This document shows positions 48,324-59,156 of a DNA stretch of 64,000 nucleotides, one piece after another. How positions within the stretch are numbered: the stretch's first letter is position 1; the number at the start of each line of letters is the position of its first letter. Source of the stretch: a virus; IMG/VR virus record IMGVR_UViG_3300023296_000994; one strand, written 5' to 3'. The position numbers and the translations under genes were made by a program. The notes beneath the pieces are model-generated. The model searched no databases, was not told the origin of the DNA, and saw only the letters and a list, made by a program, of their open reading frames with translations.

Positions 48324-49079
48324 TTATGCGGTTGCCGTAGAACCAGGACCCGTATCAGTACCAATCGATACACCTTCAATTAAACTATCCACATTTACAG
48401 TTATAGGAATTGTTACCGAACCTCCGGTTTCATTTCCGAAAATAGTAATTGTAGATGTTGTAGTTCTTAGTAATGATTTTCCGGTTATGGTGAATGTTGC
48501 GCCGAATTTAGTAACCGATATTCTTTCATCACTTGGGTCGCCTGATGTCCCGCCGGTTTCAATTACAGACAAACCACGGTCACCCGAAGAGAATCGGCCG
48601 GTTCCGTCGCCGCCAGTACGTGTTGCGGGGAAAGCAGCGGAAGCGTCGCTAAGAGTAACACCCGATGGGGTAATAGTAGCTATTTTTGAATTATCAAGTG
48701 TAATGGTATATGATTGTCTAATTGTAGTATCATTTGTAACTCTTGGTGTTATAGTAATACTTTCACCTGTTGTTAGACTGATAGATGAAATACCAATACC
48801 AATGACAGGAAGACGTGTTGTACCGCGAGGAAGCGTAATTAGCTTATGTCTCATCATTTGAGTTTCATCTGCAAATGCTTCCAACATTGGTAATTTTTCA
48901 ATGGCTTCACCATAATAGTTACTACCGTTTCCGTGTGACGGATCATACAATCTATAATCCACTTCGTCATCAGATATAGAAAACTTAGTTATATTCAGAT
49001 TTCCTCTAGACAAAAGCTGGCGACCTCGTTTAGTCAATATCGCATCGATTGTTAGTGTTGTATTATCAAGATATCCCAT
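48324..49079 (-). CDS. Tail/baseplate-associated protein
   Basis: MGYLDN....DAILTKRGRQLL....NITKFSISDDEVDY.LY; resembles a tail-collar fibre N-terminal motif. Confidence 0.7.
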   Translation of the reverse strand: MGYLDNTTLTIDAILTKRGRQLLSRGNLNITKFSISDDEVDYRLYDPSHGNGSNYYGEAIEKLPMLEAFADETQMMRHKLITLPRGTTRLPVIGIGISSISLTTGESITITPRVTNDTTIRQSYTITLDNSKIATITPSGVTLSDASAAFPATRTGGDGTGRFSSGDRGLSVIETGGTSGDPSDERISVTKFGATFTITGKSLLRTTTSTITIFGNETGGSVTIPITVNVDSLIEGVSIGTDTGPGSTATA

Positions 49080-49133
49080 ATAAATTTCCTTTTAGTTATT
49101 AATAAATATACAGTATTTTTGTTTGTAGGTTTA

Positions 49134-52100
49134 TTATAATGGCGATGGTGGTGGTATAATACCAATTGCTACGCTTCCAGATGTTAATGTATTCCATTCA
49201 ACTACCGGGCCGCCGTCTATAGTATCAAAGCTATCAATATTGAAGTCCGCACTAGTTACTTTACTTCCTATGTAAAATGAATTTGGATTATACGGATGAA
49301 TTCTGGAAAGTTCCAATGAACTTGAAAATGAATCATCTCTTGACCTACTGTGTGAACTACTATAGAAGTAGTTTTTCTTATATAGAAATTCCGATTGTAT
49401 TGATTCAGATATAAACGGCTGTATACCATCTATTGTACGTATATTCAATTTGAATTGAACCGGACCAAAGAAACTACCAGAACCTGCGACGAACCCGCTG
49501 GCGATAGATAATGAAGTCAATTCATCGTTAGGAGCGCTACCACTATGTACTATTATAGTATTGGCCCGGGGCGAATTCAATGTAGTAAATGAAACTTTAA
49601 TATTGCCGCCTCCTAGTGACGAAGCAGATAAAGGAATTTCAATTAATTCGGAATTAGTATTTATTGCATCGCGGAGTGCATTGACCATTGCACCGGCGGT
49701 TCCGGTTGTATTATCAACGTGAATTAAATTTGATGTATCAGTACCGAAGTCGGCTGAACTAGTGTACAAAAATTGTACATTACTACCAACAAAAAACAGT
49801 GAACCAATTGGGGCTACAGATGGAGCAGTAAATTCGAATATAACCGACGAAGTACCGTATAATGCAGTTGATTCATCATACGTATATCTTGACCCAAATC
49901 TACGATCATAATCACCTATTTCCCACGTTGGAATTGTATCTGTCAACGTAGAAAATATAGAGCTTCCGCCGAAGCGATCTATGTATGTCATAGAATCTGA
50001 ATCGTCGGCTGTTATGAATGTAGAATCGGAATATAAATCGATACTAGCCGAATACGTTGGCACTTCTAATGATAACGATGCTTCTGTTACTATCTTAGGA
50101 CGTTCGAGTACGGATGGTTTTATCAACACACCTACAATTTTATGGGCTCTAGCTGGCAACAATTGTTCAATTTGCTTGAATATAGCAGAATTGAAAAGAC
50201 CTATCAGCCTCAAAAATGCAAAGACGTTGTTTTCTTTGTTGAATTTTTTGAAATAGGTATCACGGAGTATTCTGAGAGAATTATATTCCGACTCAAATCT
50301 ATCACGGGGGTCGCCCACAATATCATCCAATATGATGCCACCGAATTGATATGCAATATCCAAGTCAATATTATCTTGTGGCGAAAATGCCACAGAAATC
50401 ATATTAGAATCTAATGGATAGTTATCAAACGAGCTACTTTCATAGCTGTTAAATGGATCCAATACATTGTCATTACTATTATCTTCTATTCTAATCTTAG
50501 ATGATTGAGGTCTTAACCCAATTGAATTAGGAACATGTACATAATATGTGTCATCTACTGTATTCCAACTTGAAGTTGTATACCCATATGCCTTTGATAA
50601 ATATGTAGGTGAACCTGCATATTGCATAATTTGACTTGGGTGGCTAGATGTCAAAATCAAACCGCTTTGTGATATAGGAACTAAATTATTGTCCGTTCCA
50701 ATTGGAATTCTGAATACTAAATTATCATATGATTCGCTGTACGTAGCTCCATAGTAACTTGTTGGGGCTTGTGTATGACCATCCAATACATGATTAGGAA
50801 GTTCGGTTCTCCATATTTTGAATTCCTGAATGGCGCCATTTAGTGATGTAGTATAATTGGTAATGTTGGCGAACACAGACCCGGATGAATGTACTTCACC
50901 TAAATGAATACCTTCTATAGATCCATTACCCCATGCGTCAATATACGATTGACTAACTGATGCCAATAAATCGTCCGATTCTATTGATGCGCTGATTGCA
51001 TGAGTGATTCTTCCCGAAGCGTGATTCGGGGCCTTCTTTACATCTAATTTCCAAACAACATTTGGACCATCTATAACCGTACCTGATACTTTTATTTTAT
51101 TTTCTTGTCTAAGAAATACGCTCCAATAATCATTGTCATATATAGGAGAATAAGTAGTTGACGCTGATACATACCCATCACTACCACTTAATGAAAAGTG
51201 CATGCGACCGTAATTCGAAGTAGCATTGGACGATGAATGTTCCATCCATATACCCCAATCTTCTTCTTTACCAATAATACCCTGAGTAGATTTGGTATTT
51301 GTTCTAAATCTGAATTCTATGGTACGGGGTAAATATAAATTAGTTGTAAATAAAAAGCTACCATCGCCGGAAAATTCTATATTATTCCACGGTGCAGTTA
51401 TATAACTGGCGCTGGTGATCAGTTCATTATTAGCAATTTCAATATATCTAAGTTGTGACCCAGATATTGAATTAATGGGATCAGGGCCCCCAAATTCCTG
51501 TATTCTAAGAATACTGGTTGGTATTCCATAGCATGTAAGGAACGCTTTTATACTTCGTTCCGTACCTTTCGTTTTATAGATGTACGGCAGATTGTTAAAT
51601 AGTCGTGAATATGGTTCGAGTTCTAAATCTCTGTACGATAGGGATTCCGTAGCGGCGTAATTTAGGGTTGCGCCGGTTGGATATTCAATAGATGATGTCG
51701 ATTGATAACTACCACTACTATTGTACCCTAAAAAGTAAGACCAAAGTTCTTCTTTGTCCCATCCCGATACAGCTTCCCATCCCATCGATTTAAGTACACT
51801 GTATAGTAAATCTTTGGAAATACCAATATCTACGTTTTCATCTCGTTTATTTATTGATCCTAAATGGTCAATATAATTATACAGTACATCAAAGTGCTGC
51901 GCTACCATATCCACAAACAATATAAATCCATTGTTTTGTGAATCAAGTCTAACGTGAAATGGTAATAAATCACGTAGTATATTTTGATTTTTGCCATCAT
52001 ATAAAGATGCCACTTCTATTGCATCTGGATACCAATTAGTGACGGCCGATGATGATATACTTGCGTTCGTATATGGCTTAATAGAAGTTTCCTTTGGCCA

Positions 52101-53252
52101 TGTAGTCTGCGAGTAGTTGCCATACGTATCCGATTCAATTGAAGCTGAATCATAATAAAGATAATTTTCATAACTATCGAAGTTACCAATTACTTCATCT
52201 ACCTTTCTATCAAACACACTTTTATTATGAATATATTCGTATGATGATGTGGCTCCGGTACCCGATAGTCCGACTAAATCAATTGAAATTGCCTGTGATT
52301 GTGACGTATACAATTCAATTGACTTCATTTTAGAATAAAAATTTGTCAATCGTTGTTTGGCGGAACTAAAATGTATGAAGTTACTGTAGTCACGGTAATC
52401 AATGTTTAATTCAGCGCCATTTGTATCAATGGAACCACTAAACATTTTATTTATTATTCGATTTCTTACATCAGGAACAGCATTTAATATTAATTCTTCG
52501 GTTAATACCCCGGTGGCCTTGCCAACTCTACGATTTAAATCTATGTAAAAATCCGGCCCGCGTAGCGCATTATAATCTTCACTTACTTCTACAACGGGCA
52601 GCGATATTCTTACACTAAAATTGAATGGATTTAAAACTTGGTCCCAGATTTCAATTTCATCCTTTGGTCTTATATCTCTGGGGAAAGTTAATACATTATC
52701 GTGTGGTGTATGCTTAACTATAAGATATTTTTCTTCAGTGTATTTATCATTAACCCAATTAACAATTGGATATGATTTTTGTGTTGGGACGTGAAAGATA
52801 TATAACGGAATTGGATCAGTACCCAATTCACGTAAATCAACCAACGAATTATTTATTTTAATTTCAGTTTTATTTCGCGATATATCTATCACGGATAAAT
52901 CTGATATCTTATCTATAATGAACCCTTGTACTTCAAACGTACCTGATGTTAATGATAATTCATTAACTATTATTTCGTATATATCTAACTGTAATGAACC
53001 ATCTGCATCAGATAAATATGATTTTGCAATACCTTCAAATGTATCAATTAACGTACCTTCGGAATAAAATTCCAAACGTAATACATCAGTATCTGCAATT
53101 GAAACCATTGGATATGATAATGCCGTATCACGAGTTCCGCCGGAAGTAATTCTACTTCTAGTTCCACTGATATCAAATCCTGTTGCACCAGATCTTACAA
53201 TATCTACATTAGCTAATCCAACATCTTTTATATTATATACTACAGTTTCCAT
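49134..53252 (-). CDS. Large baseplate wedge/tail protein with LamG-like insert
   Basis: FVDMVAQHFD, NNLPYIYKTKGTERSIKA...YGIP...I.EFGG (gp7/P2-I-like), QLLPARA. Confidence 0.7.
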   Translation of the reverse strand: METVVYNIKDVGLANVDIVRSGATGFDISGTRSRITSGGTRDTALSYPMVSIADTDVLRLEFYSEGTLIDTFEGIAKSYLSDADGSLQLDIYEIIVNELSLTSGTFEVQGFIIDKISDLSVIDISRNKTEIKINNSLVDLRELGTDPIPLYIFHVPTQKSYPIVNWVNDKYTEEKYLIVKHTPHDNVLTFPRDIRPKDEIEIWDQVLNPFNFSVRISLPVVEVSEDYNALRGPDFYIDLNRRVGKATGVLTEELILNAVPDVRNRIINKMFSGSIDTNGAELNIDYRDYSNFIHFSSAKQRLTNFYSKMKSIELYTSQSQAISIDLVGLSGTGATSSYEYIHNKSVFDRKVDEVIGNFDSYENYLYYDSASIESDTYGNYSQTTWPKETSIKPYTNASISSSAVTNWYPDAIEVASLYDGKNQNILRDLLPFHVRLDSQNNGFILFVDMVAQHFDVLYNYIDHLGSINKRDENVDIGISKDLLYSVLKSMGWEAVSGWDKEELWSYFLGYNSSGSYQSTSSIEYPTGATLNYAATESLSYRDLELEPYSRLFNNLPYIYKTKGTERSIKAFLTCYGIPTSILRIQEFGGPDPINSISGSQLRYIEIANNELITSASYITAPWNNIEFSGDGSFLFTTNLYLPRTIEFRFRTNTKSTQGIIGKEEDWGIWMEHSSSNATSNYGRMHFSLSGSDGYVSASTTYSPIYDNDYWSVFLRQENKIKVSGTVIDGPNVVWKLDVKKAPNHASGRITHAISASIESDDLLASVSQSYIDAWGNGSIEGIHLGEVHSSGSVFANITNYTTSLNGAIQEFKIWRTELPNHVLDGHTQAPTSYYGATYSESYDNLVFRIPIGTDNNLVPISQSGLILTSSHPSQIMQYAGSPTYLSKAYGYTTSSWNTVDDTYYVHVPNSIGLRPQSSKIRIEDNSNDNVLDPFNSYESSSFDNYPLDSNMISVAFSPQDNIDLDIAYQFGGIILDDIVGDPRDRFESEYNSLRILRDTYFKKFNKENNVFAFLRLIGLFNSAIFKQIEQLLPARAHKIVGVLIKPSVLERPKIVTEASLSLEVPTYSASIDLYSDSTFITADDSDSMTYIDRFGGSSIFSTLTDTIPTWEIGDYDRRFGSRYTYDESTALYGTSSVIFEFTAPSVAPIGSLFFVGSNVQFLYTSSADFGTDTSNLIHVDNTTGTAGAMVNALRDAINTNSELIEIPLSASSLGGGNIKVSFTTLNSPRANTIIVHSGSAPNDELTSLSIASGFVAGSGSFFGPVQFKLNIRTIDGIQPFISESIQSEFLYKKNYFYSSSHSRSRDDSFSSSLELSRIHPYNPNSFYIGSKVTSADFNIDSFDTIDGGPVVEWNTLTSGSVAIGIIPPPSPL

Positions 53253-53255
53253 ATA

Positions 53256-54032
53256 TTAAAGTATAGGTCCATCGGGCATTATTACATCTGTTAATGGCGA
53301 TTGTCTAGCTGCTTCTGATAACGATTCATCGTTAAATACATTAACATCGAAATCAGTATACTGTCTCAGAGTTCGTCGTAAATTAGAATAATATATATTG
53401 TCTTCTACATTCTGTGTATTACGGCCGCCAGTGCGAGCAGTAAATCTACCATCACCCATACCCATAATGTCATCACACTTGAAATAAGCGCTTTGACGAG
53501 TTTCCCGACCACGGACATCAGTAGCGATGCAGCTAACGTCTACGAGGTCGCCAAACCCTTCGTAGGCACCTTCTAATACATCAGGTGCATTATCATTAAA
53601 TTCCGTGTCGATATATACATCAGGAGATAAATTATACAACATTAAAGATGGACCCGTACCCTTTTCCTCACCATTAACTTCCCATTTATACGTAAATAGA
53701 TTGCGCTCGGGCTTTAATGTCTTTACGTAAAATAAAGCATGTTCACCAGCCATAAATCCATAAAAGAAATTAGTTGGATTACCATCGGGAAAATAAGGAT
53801 CTTCTAACCATCTATACGGATCATCGATGGTATTTGGATATTTACTATTTCCCCTTGTATCATATAATAAATAATAATTAGCTGCCTGAATCCTTAATTC
53901 AGACGGAGCCGGTATAGTTAATAATTGTGATATATCTGTATCAATATTATCATAATATGATTCCGACGCATAACTAGATCGTCGGGATACAATATCGATT
54001 CTATCACTTATGCTTGATATTACAAATGCCAT
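53256..54032 (-). CDS. Hypothetical protein with Ig-like segment
   Basis: FTYKWEVNG, VSCIATD; lies in the baseplate operon. Confidence 0.6.
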   Translation of the reverse strand: MAFVISSISDRIDIVSRRSSYASESYYDNIDTDISQLLTIPAPSELRIQAANYYLLYDTRGNSKYPNTIDDPYRWLEDPYFPDGNPTNFFYGFMAGEHALFYVKTLKPERNLFTYKWEVNGEEKGTGPSLMLYNLSPDVYIDTEFNDNAPDVLEGAYEGFGDLVDVSCIATDVRGRETRQSAYFKCDDIMGMGDGRFTARTGGRNTQNVEDNIYYSNLRRTLRQYTDFDVNVFNDESLSEAARQSPLTDVIMPDGPIL

Positions 54033-54034
54033 AA

Positions 54035-55096
54035 TTATCTGATTACCTTAAATATGTGGTCATTGTCGAAATATTCAACTTGACCAGTATAAATTCTATC
54101 TTCAATCTTAAATACTAATCTATAGTATCTTTCAGGTTGTAATCCGTCTAACCATAGATTAACATAGTTTCCGCTGGAATTGCAACTTACTTTAGTATAA
54201 TTATCATCAAATGGGATAACTACGTCTTCGGTCAGCGCGTCTTTTACTGAATAGTATGATGATGATGGTAAGTACTTAATATCCAATTGTGCCGAACTTG
54301 TGGTATACGTTTTTACTGGATAAGTTTCCCTACCAACTACACCTATTTGAATTCTTGAATTTTCTCTGTAAATACCAGCATTGTCCTTTAGATACAATAT
54401 GATGTTACTGGCAGTTAATTCATCAAGACTTCCTGTATTATATACGGAATCGTCCCATAATACTTCTAATTTAGGAACATATATTGTATGTGTGTCTCTT
54501 GAAAAATACTTAAGGGAACCATATAAATTGGCGTCAGTTTCTTCGGACCCACTACGTAATAATAGGAAGCCATTATTTTCAGTTGTATTTGAAAGCCAAT
54601 CTGCAACGGACTGTGATACGCTCATTCTAATATCAGTCAAGTTATAATTAAATGACTGGGTATGTACATTACCACTTGACCCTGTGGTGCCGCCAGGCGA
54701 CAACCATTCCGTTGCGTCGATTTCACCGAATCTATATTTCCAACTTGCACCCTCAGTTGTAATTGGATTGTTTGTAGTTCTACCAACACCCATACCCCAT
54801 GATTCTGATAACGGTATAGCCATAACACCATATTCCAATGGTATTGCTGTAGCTTCCGTTGTGTATAGATTAAGGTAGAATTGAATACCATTGGTTGAAT
54901 CAATAGTTCCTGCTGCTAATGATTGTGATACTCCATCCAAATCAAATTGAATGGTAGCTCTGGTATTACTAATACCCGGTTGTAAAGACGAAGATACTAT
55001 CTTTTCAATGAATAGAATTTCATCAATACCTGTGTTCATACTTTCCGATACTTCGAATAAAGTAGAATCTTTCGTGGGGAAAATTGAATATATCAT
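54035..55096 (-). CDS. Virion protein with DNRLRE-like domain
   Basis: FPTKDSTLFE, NTGIDEIL, R..IQFD, SW..G.G, NNGFLL, FSRDT....PKLEV.W. Confidence 0.65.
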   Translation of the reverse strand: MIYSIFPTKDSTLFEVSESMNTGIDEILFIEKIVSSSLQPGISNTRATIQFDLDGVSQSLAAGTIDSTNGIQFYLNLYTTEATAIPLEYGVMAIPLSESWGMGVGRTTNNPITTEGASWKYRFGEIDATEWLSPGGTTGSSGNVHTQSFNYNLTDIRMSVSQSVADWLSNTTENNGFLLLRSGSEETDANLYGSLKYFSRDTHTIYVPKLEVLWDDSVYNTGSLDELTASNIILYLKDNAGIYRENSRIQIGVVGRETYPVKTYTTSSAQLDIKYLPSSSYYSVKDALTEDVVIPFDDNYTKVSCNSSGNYVNLWLDGLQPERYYRLVFKIEDRIYTGQVEYFDNDHIFKVIR

Positions 55097-55113
55097 AATA
55101 CTTAACTTTTTAA

Positions 55114-55400
55114 TTAGGCATAACCGGCCGCTTTGATGTAGTCTAAAAAGTCGGCTACCAAGGCTTTGTATGAATTAACACCACCTTCATCAAAATCCAT
55201 AATATATTCGGAAACGGCGTTATCCCAATTGGATTCCAAATCTATTCCTTTTTTCTTTAATTGTGCGACAACCTTTTTCATTTCTTTTTTAAGGACGGTG
55301 GCCTTAACGGTATCATTGCTGTTAAAAATTTATCAGAATATAATTCCGATATAAGGGATTTTAACATTATTTTCTTGGGGGTTTTAGTTTGATTTTTCAT
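55114..55400 (-). pseudogene. Frameshifted gene of about 95 aa (one base short at a T5 run)
   Basis: MKNQTKTPKKIMLKSLISELYSDKF continues in the -1 frame as FNSNDTVKATVLKKEMKK...DYIKAAGYA-stop; the span is 287 nt. Confidence 0.6.
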
Positions 55401-55423
55401 TTTGGGGTTTTTTAATTTATAGG

Positions 55424-57304
55424 TTAATAAGTTACTGCTTTACCTCGAATGTCACGTTCTGGGTATTTTATTTCAAATACAGATGGGTCCAATGAAGGAT
55501 ATAATATGCCACTTCTGTTTGCAGCTGTTAGATTATATTTGTTACCTGAGTAGCCTTCACTTTCTCGCCATTTGTTTAGTATTGTTACGTCTATAACAGA
55601 TTGTACACCATCAGTACTAGCCAATGCCAACACAATATCTTTTGTAATTATTGGTTGACGGAACTGCATATTTTCGATATTGAAAAATGCCTTTAATGTG
55701 TCGATACATCTTAATATGATTTCTCTCGAATTTCGTCCAGGAAGAACTACAACCTTAAAGTCAACGCCAATATTAATAATATATCCGTTTTTAATATTGA
55801 CAGCATCGGTTAATAATCTATACTGTGATAGATAGTTTCTTAAGTTTTCTTTGGACGCGCGAGAAACGTTGGTTAAATTTTTACTTTGGTTATATCCGAT
55901 TACATATAAATTCATAGCAAACGGATTTGCTACACTTAAACCGGTGGACGGTAGTACCTGTTGGTCTTGAGTTATATATGCTTTCGCGATTGACCCATAC
56001 CTAGCAGGAAGTGAATATGTACGTACAATATAATCTTCTCTGGTTACCGCTCGATTTTGTGTTGAAAAATAAGCCAAAGCATTTTGACGAATTTCTTCTA
56101 ATGTTTCGGTTGATTTTCCGCCGGTTGCCGGCGATGGATTATTTACTTGTAAGCTAGCTACAACTGTAGCTAATGTAGTTGAATTTAATAGTTCTTCTGT
56201 TGTCTGTTGTGTAGTTTTACTATTAATTACTACAATCGTATTAGATGGAACGTTACCATCAATACCATATCCAATTGTATAATTTATTGTTAATGTTGTT
56301 GATGACGGTACCTGACCATATGTTCTACTACGTAGGAAATTAGATGGGTCAAATGCTATATCCAATCCATCGATTGAAGCCGGTAAGTTTGATCCAACAT
56401 TTTCTGGATTAGGTAAAATACTGATATCACTGTTCGTTGATATTCCGGAACCAAATTGTAATTCCATATTATTATCCGGCGTAATTCGTGTTATAAATCG
56501 GCGGCCGGTTTTTCTTAATGAAAGTATATATGGTACTGCAACCGAATCAGGTGCAAGTAAAGGATCAAAATCAAAGTTGTTAACTGTTTCTTCAAATATA
56601 GTATCTTGTGCCAAATATGGTACTTCGGTCCAGACATTTTCATCAGTATCCGTTACCGTTTCAATACCAATGATATCATCATCGGTTATTTTTATTTTTA
56701 AATTCTTTTTTGGGTCGGTTACACTTATATTTAATGTTTTAAGTTCGCCGGAAGTTGCCGATACTGTTTTTTTAAGTAGATAGTATTCGGGAATTCCTGT
56801 AGTTAAATTAAGTTGATATACCGTTGTTTCGGTTGGGGATAACGAACTTGATTCTGCGAAATTAACATCTCTACTTGTACGAAATATAGTTCCTGTTTCG
56901 GTTTGTACTTCCATTCCACCTTCAACCAACAACGCATATCTATAATCTGGCTTTGAACTCGAACCATCACCACCAGTATCAGTTGATGGTACTAATTGGT
57001 ATACATCTATATCGGTGGATGAAGCTACCGATAGCTTTGGCTTATATCCAAATGACTGAGCAATATTAAGTAAATTTTTACGTTCACTTGCGTGCTGAAT
57101 CATGTTTTCTTTTAACGTATAGTCTGTGTAAAATGAAAGTACGTCACCTACATAAGCAGCCATTTCGATAAACATGGTACCCGGTGATGCATCGGTAAAA
57201 TCATTATACGTATCGGGAAAATAATTCTTAGCATAATCAACAAGATTTTTCTTAAATTCAGGAAAAGTCTTATTTAAATACTTTATTTCTTTTGTAGTAG
57301 CCAT
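55424..57304 (-). CDS. Baseplate wedge protein (T4 gp6/P2 J-like)
   Basis: YNDF.DASPG.MFIEMAAYVGDVLSFY, AQSFGYKP, LQFGSG, QNRAVTREDY. Confidence 0.9.
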   Translation of the reverse strand: MATTKEIKYLNKTFPEFKKNLVDYAKNYFPDTYNDFTDASPGTMFIEMAAYVGDVLSFYTDYTLKENMIQHASERKNLLNIAQSFGYKPKLSVASSTDIDVYQLVPSTDTGGDGSSSKPDYRYALLVEGGMEVQTETGTIFRTSRDVNFAESSSLSPTETTVYQLNLTTGIPEYYLLKKTVSATSGELKTLNISVTDPKKNLKIKITDDDIIGIETVTDTDENVWTEVPYLAQDTIFEETVNNFDFDPLLAPDSVAVPYILSLRKTGRRFITRITPDNNMELQFGSGISTNSDISILPNPENVGSNLPASIDGLDIAFDPSNFLRSRTYGQVPSSTTLTINYTIGYGIDGNVPSNTIVVINSKTTQQTTEELLNSTTLATVVASLQVNNPSPATGGKSTETLEEIRQNALAYFSTQNRAVTREDYIVRTYSLPARYGSIAKAYITQDQQVLPSTGLSVANPFAMNLYVIGYNQSKNLTNVSRASKENLRNYLSQYRLLTDAVNIKNGYIINIGVDFKVVVLPGRNSREIILRCIDTLKAFFNIENMQFRQPIITKDIVLALASTDGVQSVIDVTILNKWRESEGYSGNKYNLTAANRSGILYPSLDPSVFEIKYPERDIRGKAVTY

Positions 57305-57306
57305 TA

Positions 57307-57711
57307 TTATCCTCGGTTAACATCTATGAGTAATATATCATCGAACCTAAAATCAGGCACAGAATATGAAACATGTATAGACAATGAGTTTCCATTTTCA
57401 ATTACAGATACATCTACAAGTGTAATATATGACATAAATTCAGCAATACTAGTTTTTATAGATGTTTGTATTGAATTTACAAGCGCTGGTGTATTTGGTT
57501 CAAATATCTTTTTATATAAATCAGATCCAAATCTAGGATTAAATACTCGTTCACCTTTAATAGTTAATAGTAAATTTCGGAGATTATCTTTTACTTGTTC
57601 TTTTGTTTCATAGTTCAAATTAAAATTATTATTGGTGCCGAACGGCAGACCAATGCCGATTGCTACATCGGGTTCAAAATCAAGTCTATTTATTTTTCTA
57701 ATTGTGCTCAT
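57307..57711 (-). CDS. Baseplate wedge subunit (gp25-like)
   Basis: NLRNLLLTIKGERVFNPRFGSDL...IFEP. Confidence 0.92.
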   Translation of the reverse strand: MSTIRKINRLDFEPDVAIGIGLPFGTNNNFNLNYETKEQVKDNLRNLLLTIKGERVFNPRFGSDLYKKIFEPNTPALVNSIQTSIKTSIAEFMSYITLVDVSVIENGNSLSIHVSYSVPDFRFDDILLIDVNRG

Positions 57712-58124
57712 TTAGGTTTATCCATAGCCTTTATCATGGATGAGTAGTCTTTCGTAAGCGCGGTTTGCAAGGTAGCCGGTAATGTATTTATATCAACCGG
57801 GCGACCATTTACATCCTGCATTGGCATCATAGCGACCGGAGTAGCTGTATCGATATCGGCATTATCATTTAAACTTCGGAAACTTGCATGTAAAGCAGAG
57901 CGCGCAGCCACAGCATCGGGTGATGTTACCGTCTTATTATTTAATGTGGGCCATTCTTCGGTTGTGGATTCTGATAGTGGGTTACTATCATAATCTTCAG
58001 TAAGTATAGACAATTGTAAATCTACCTGCCTCTTAACTTCCTCATTAATAACTTCACGTAATGAAGCTTTTATTTCTTTTTTGATTACAACCTTAATCAA
58101 TTTTACTAATTTGTCTATTTTCAT
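57708..58124 (-). CDS. Hypothetical protein
   Basis: Helical N terminus; C-terminal ALTKDYS.MIKAM. Confidence 0.7.
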   Translation of the reverse strand: MKIDKLVKLIKVVIKKEIKASLREVINEEVKRQVDLQLSILTEDYDSNPLSESTTEEWPTLNNKTVTSPDAVAARSALHASFRSLNDNADIDTATPVAMMPMQDVNGRPVDINTLPATLQTALTKDYSSMIKAMDKPK

Positions 58125-58160
58125 ATCTGTAATGTTCTTATTGTAATAAATAGTATTATA

Positions 58161-59156
58161 TTAACTTTTCATTCGTTCTAATGATGTCTTTAGGGATGAA
58201 ATATTGGACTTTATTCTATTTGTTTGTGTAGAAATAGCCTTAAACGATCCGGCGTTTGTTGGTAAGCCGGAGGGTCCATTGGGTGTAGGTACTATTATCA
58301 GCGATGTATTTTCTGCTTGTTTTGATAGTTCACCGGCTACTGCATCTAATGCTTTAACCGTATCTAATATCACATCCAATAATGTAGTTATATCTATATT
58401 CCATTTGTCAGTTTTTATACCAACGTCTCTCTTTGAAGACAATATTATATTATCGTCTTTACTATAAAATACAATTCGGTCTGCTCCGATGACAGCCTGC
58501 GAACCTACATATCTGTCGGGTCGTTCATATGTACTATATGATTCATTTTCAATCGGTAATGATTGGTCTGATGTTAAATATAAAAACGAATTATCGTTTG
58601 ATAAACTTTCTTGGTCTCCCTTTCCGTTTCTAACACATATGATAGGAGTTCCATCGGCGCCGTCCAAATTCCATTCGTTACTATTTTCAGCATGCTTGGA
58701 CCCTAACCTAATTGAATTACCAAATCTACCTTGCATTAATACATCGCCCTCGTATTTCTTTAACGATGGTAAGTCATTGGGTATATAGTTTGTTCCAAAT
58801 GTAATATTACCAGATGCATCAATTATATTGATATCACCGGCTTTACTGTTGGATATGATAGATGTATTATTACTAATTACATCTAAGTATACCCATCCTG
58901 TTTCTCGTTTCTGAACACATAATATATATTCATTAACGAGGGGTAATACAGTTATATTCTTAGCCGCAGGATATACTTTAACGTTTCTTGCACGATCAGG
59001 AATATATGCAATGATTTCATCTACACTACCATCATCTTCATTAATGACAACTGAATTAACTATACCATATGATATACTTAAATCAATTACTGGTAATGAT
59101 TGATTTTGATTATTAGATAAGGGCGCCTTTATATTTTTATTATTCCAAAAGATCAC
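58161..59156 (-). CDS. Putative baseplate spike/hub protein (gp5-like)
   Basis: LPLVNEYI (OB-like), EGDVLMQGRFGNSIRLGS, ADRIVFYSK, C-terminal PNGPSGLPTN. Confidence 0.6.
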   Translation of the reverse strand: MIFWNNKNIKAPLSNNQNQSLPVIDLSISYGIVNSVVINEDDGSVDEIIAYIPDRARNVKVYPAAKNITVLPLVNEYILCVQKRETGWVYLDVISNNTSIISNSKAGDINIIDASGNITFGTNYIPNDLPSLKKYEGDVLMQGRFGNSIRLGSKHAENSNEWNLDGADGTPIICVRNGKGDQESLSNDNSFLYLTSDQSLPIENESYSTYERPDRYVGSQAVIGADRIVFYSKDDNIILSSKRDVGIKTDKWNIDITTLLDVILDTVKALDAVAGELSKQAENTSLIIVPTPNGPSGLPTNAGSFKAISTQTNRIKSNISSLKTSLERMKS

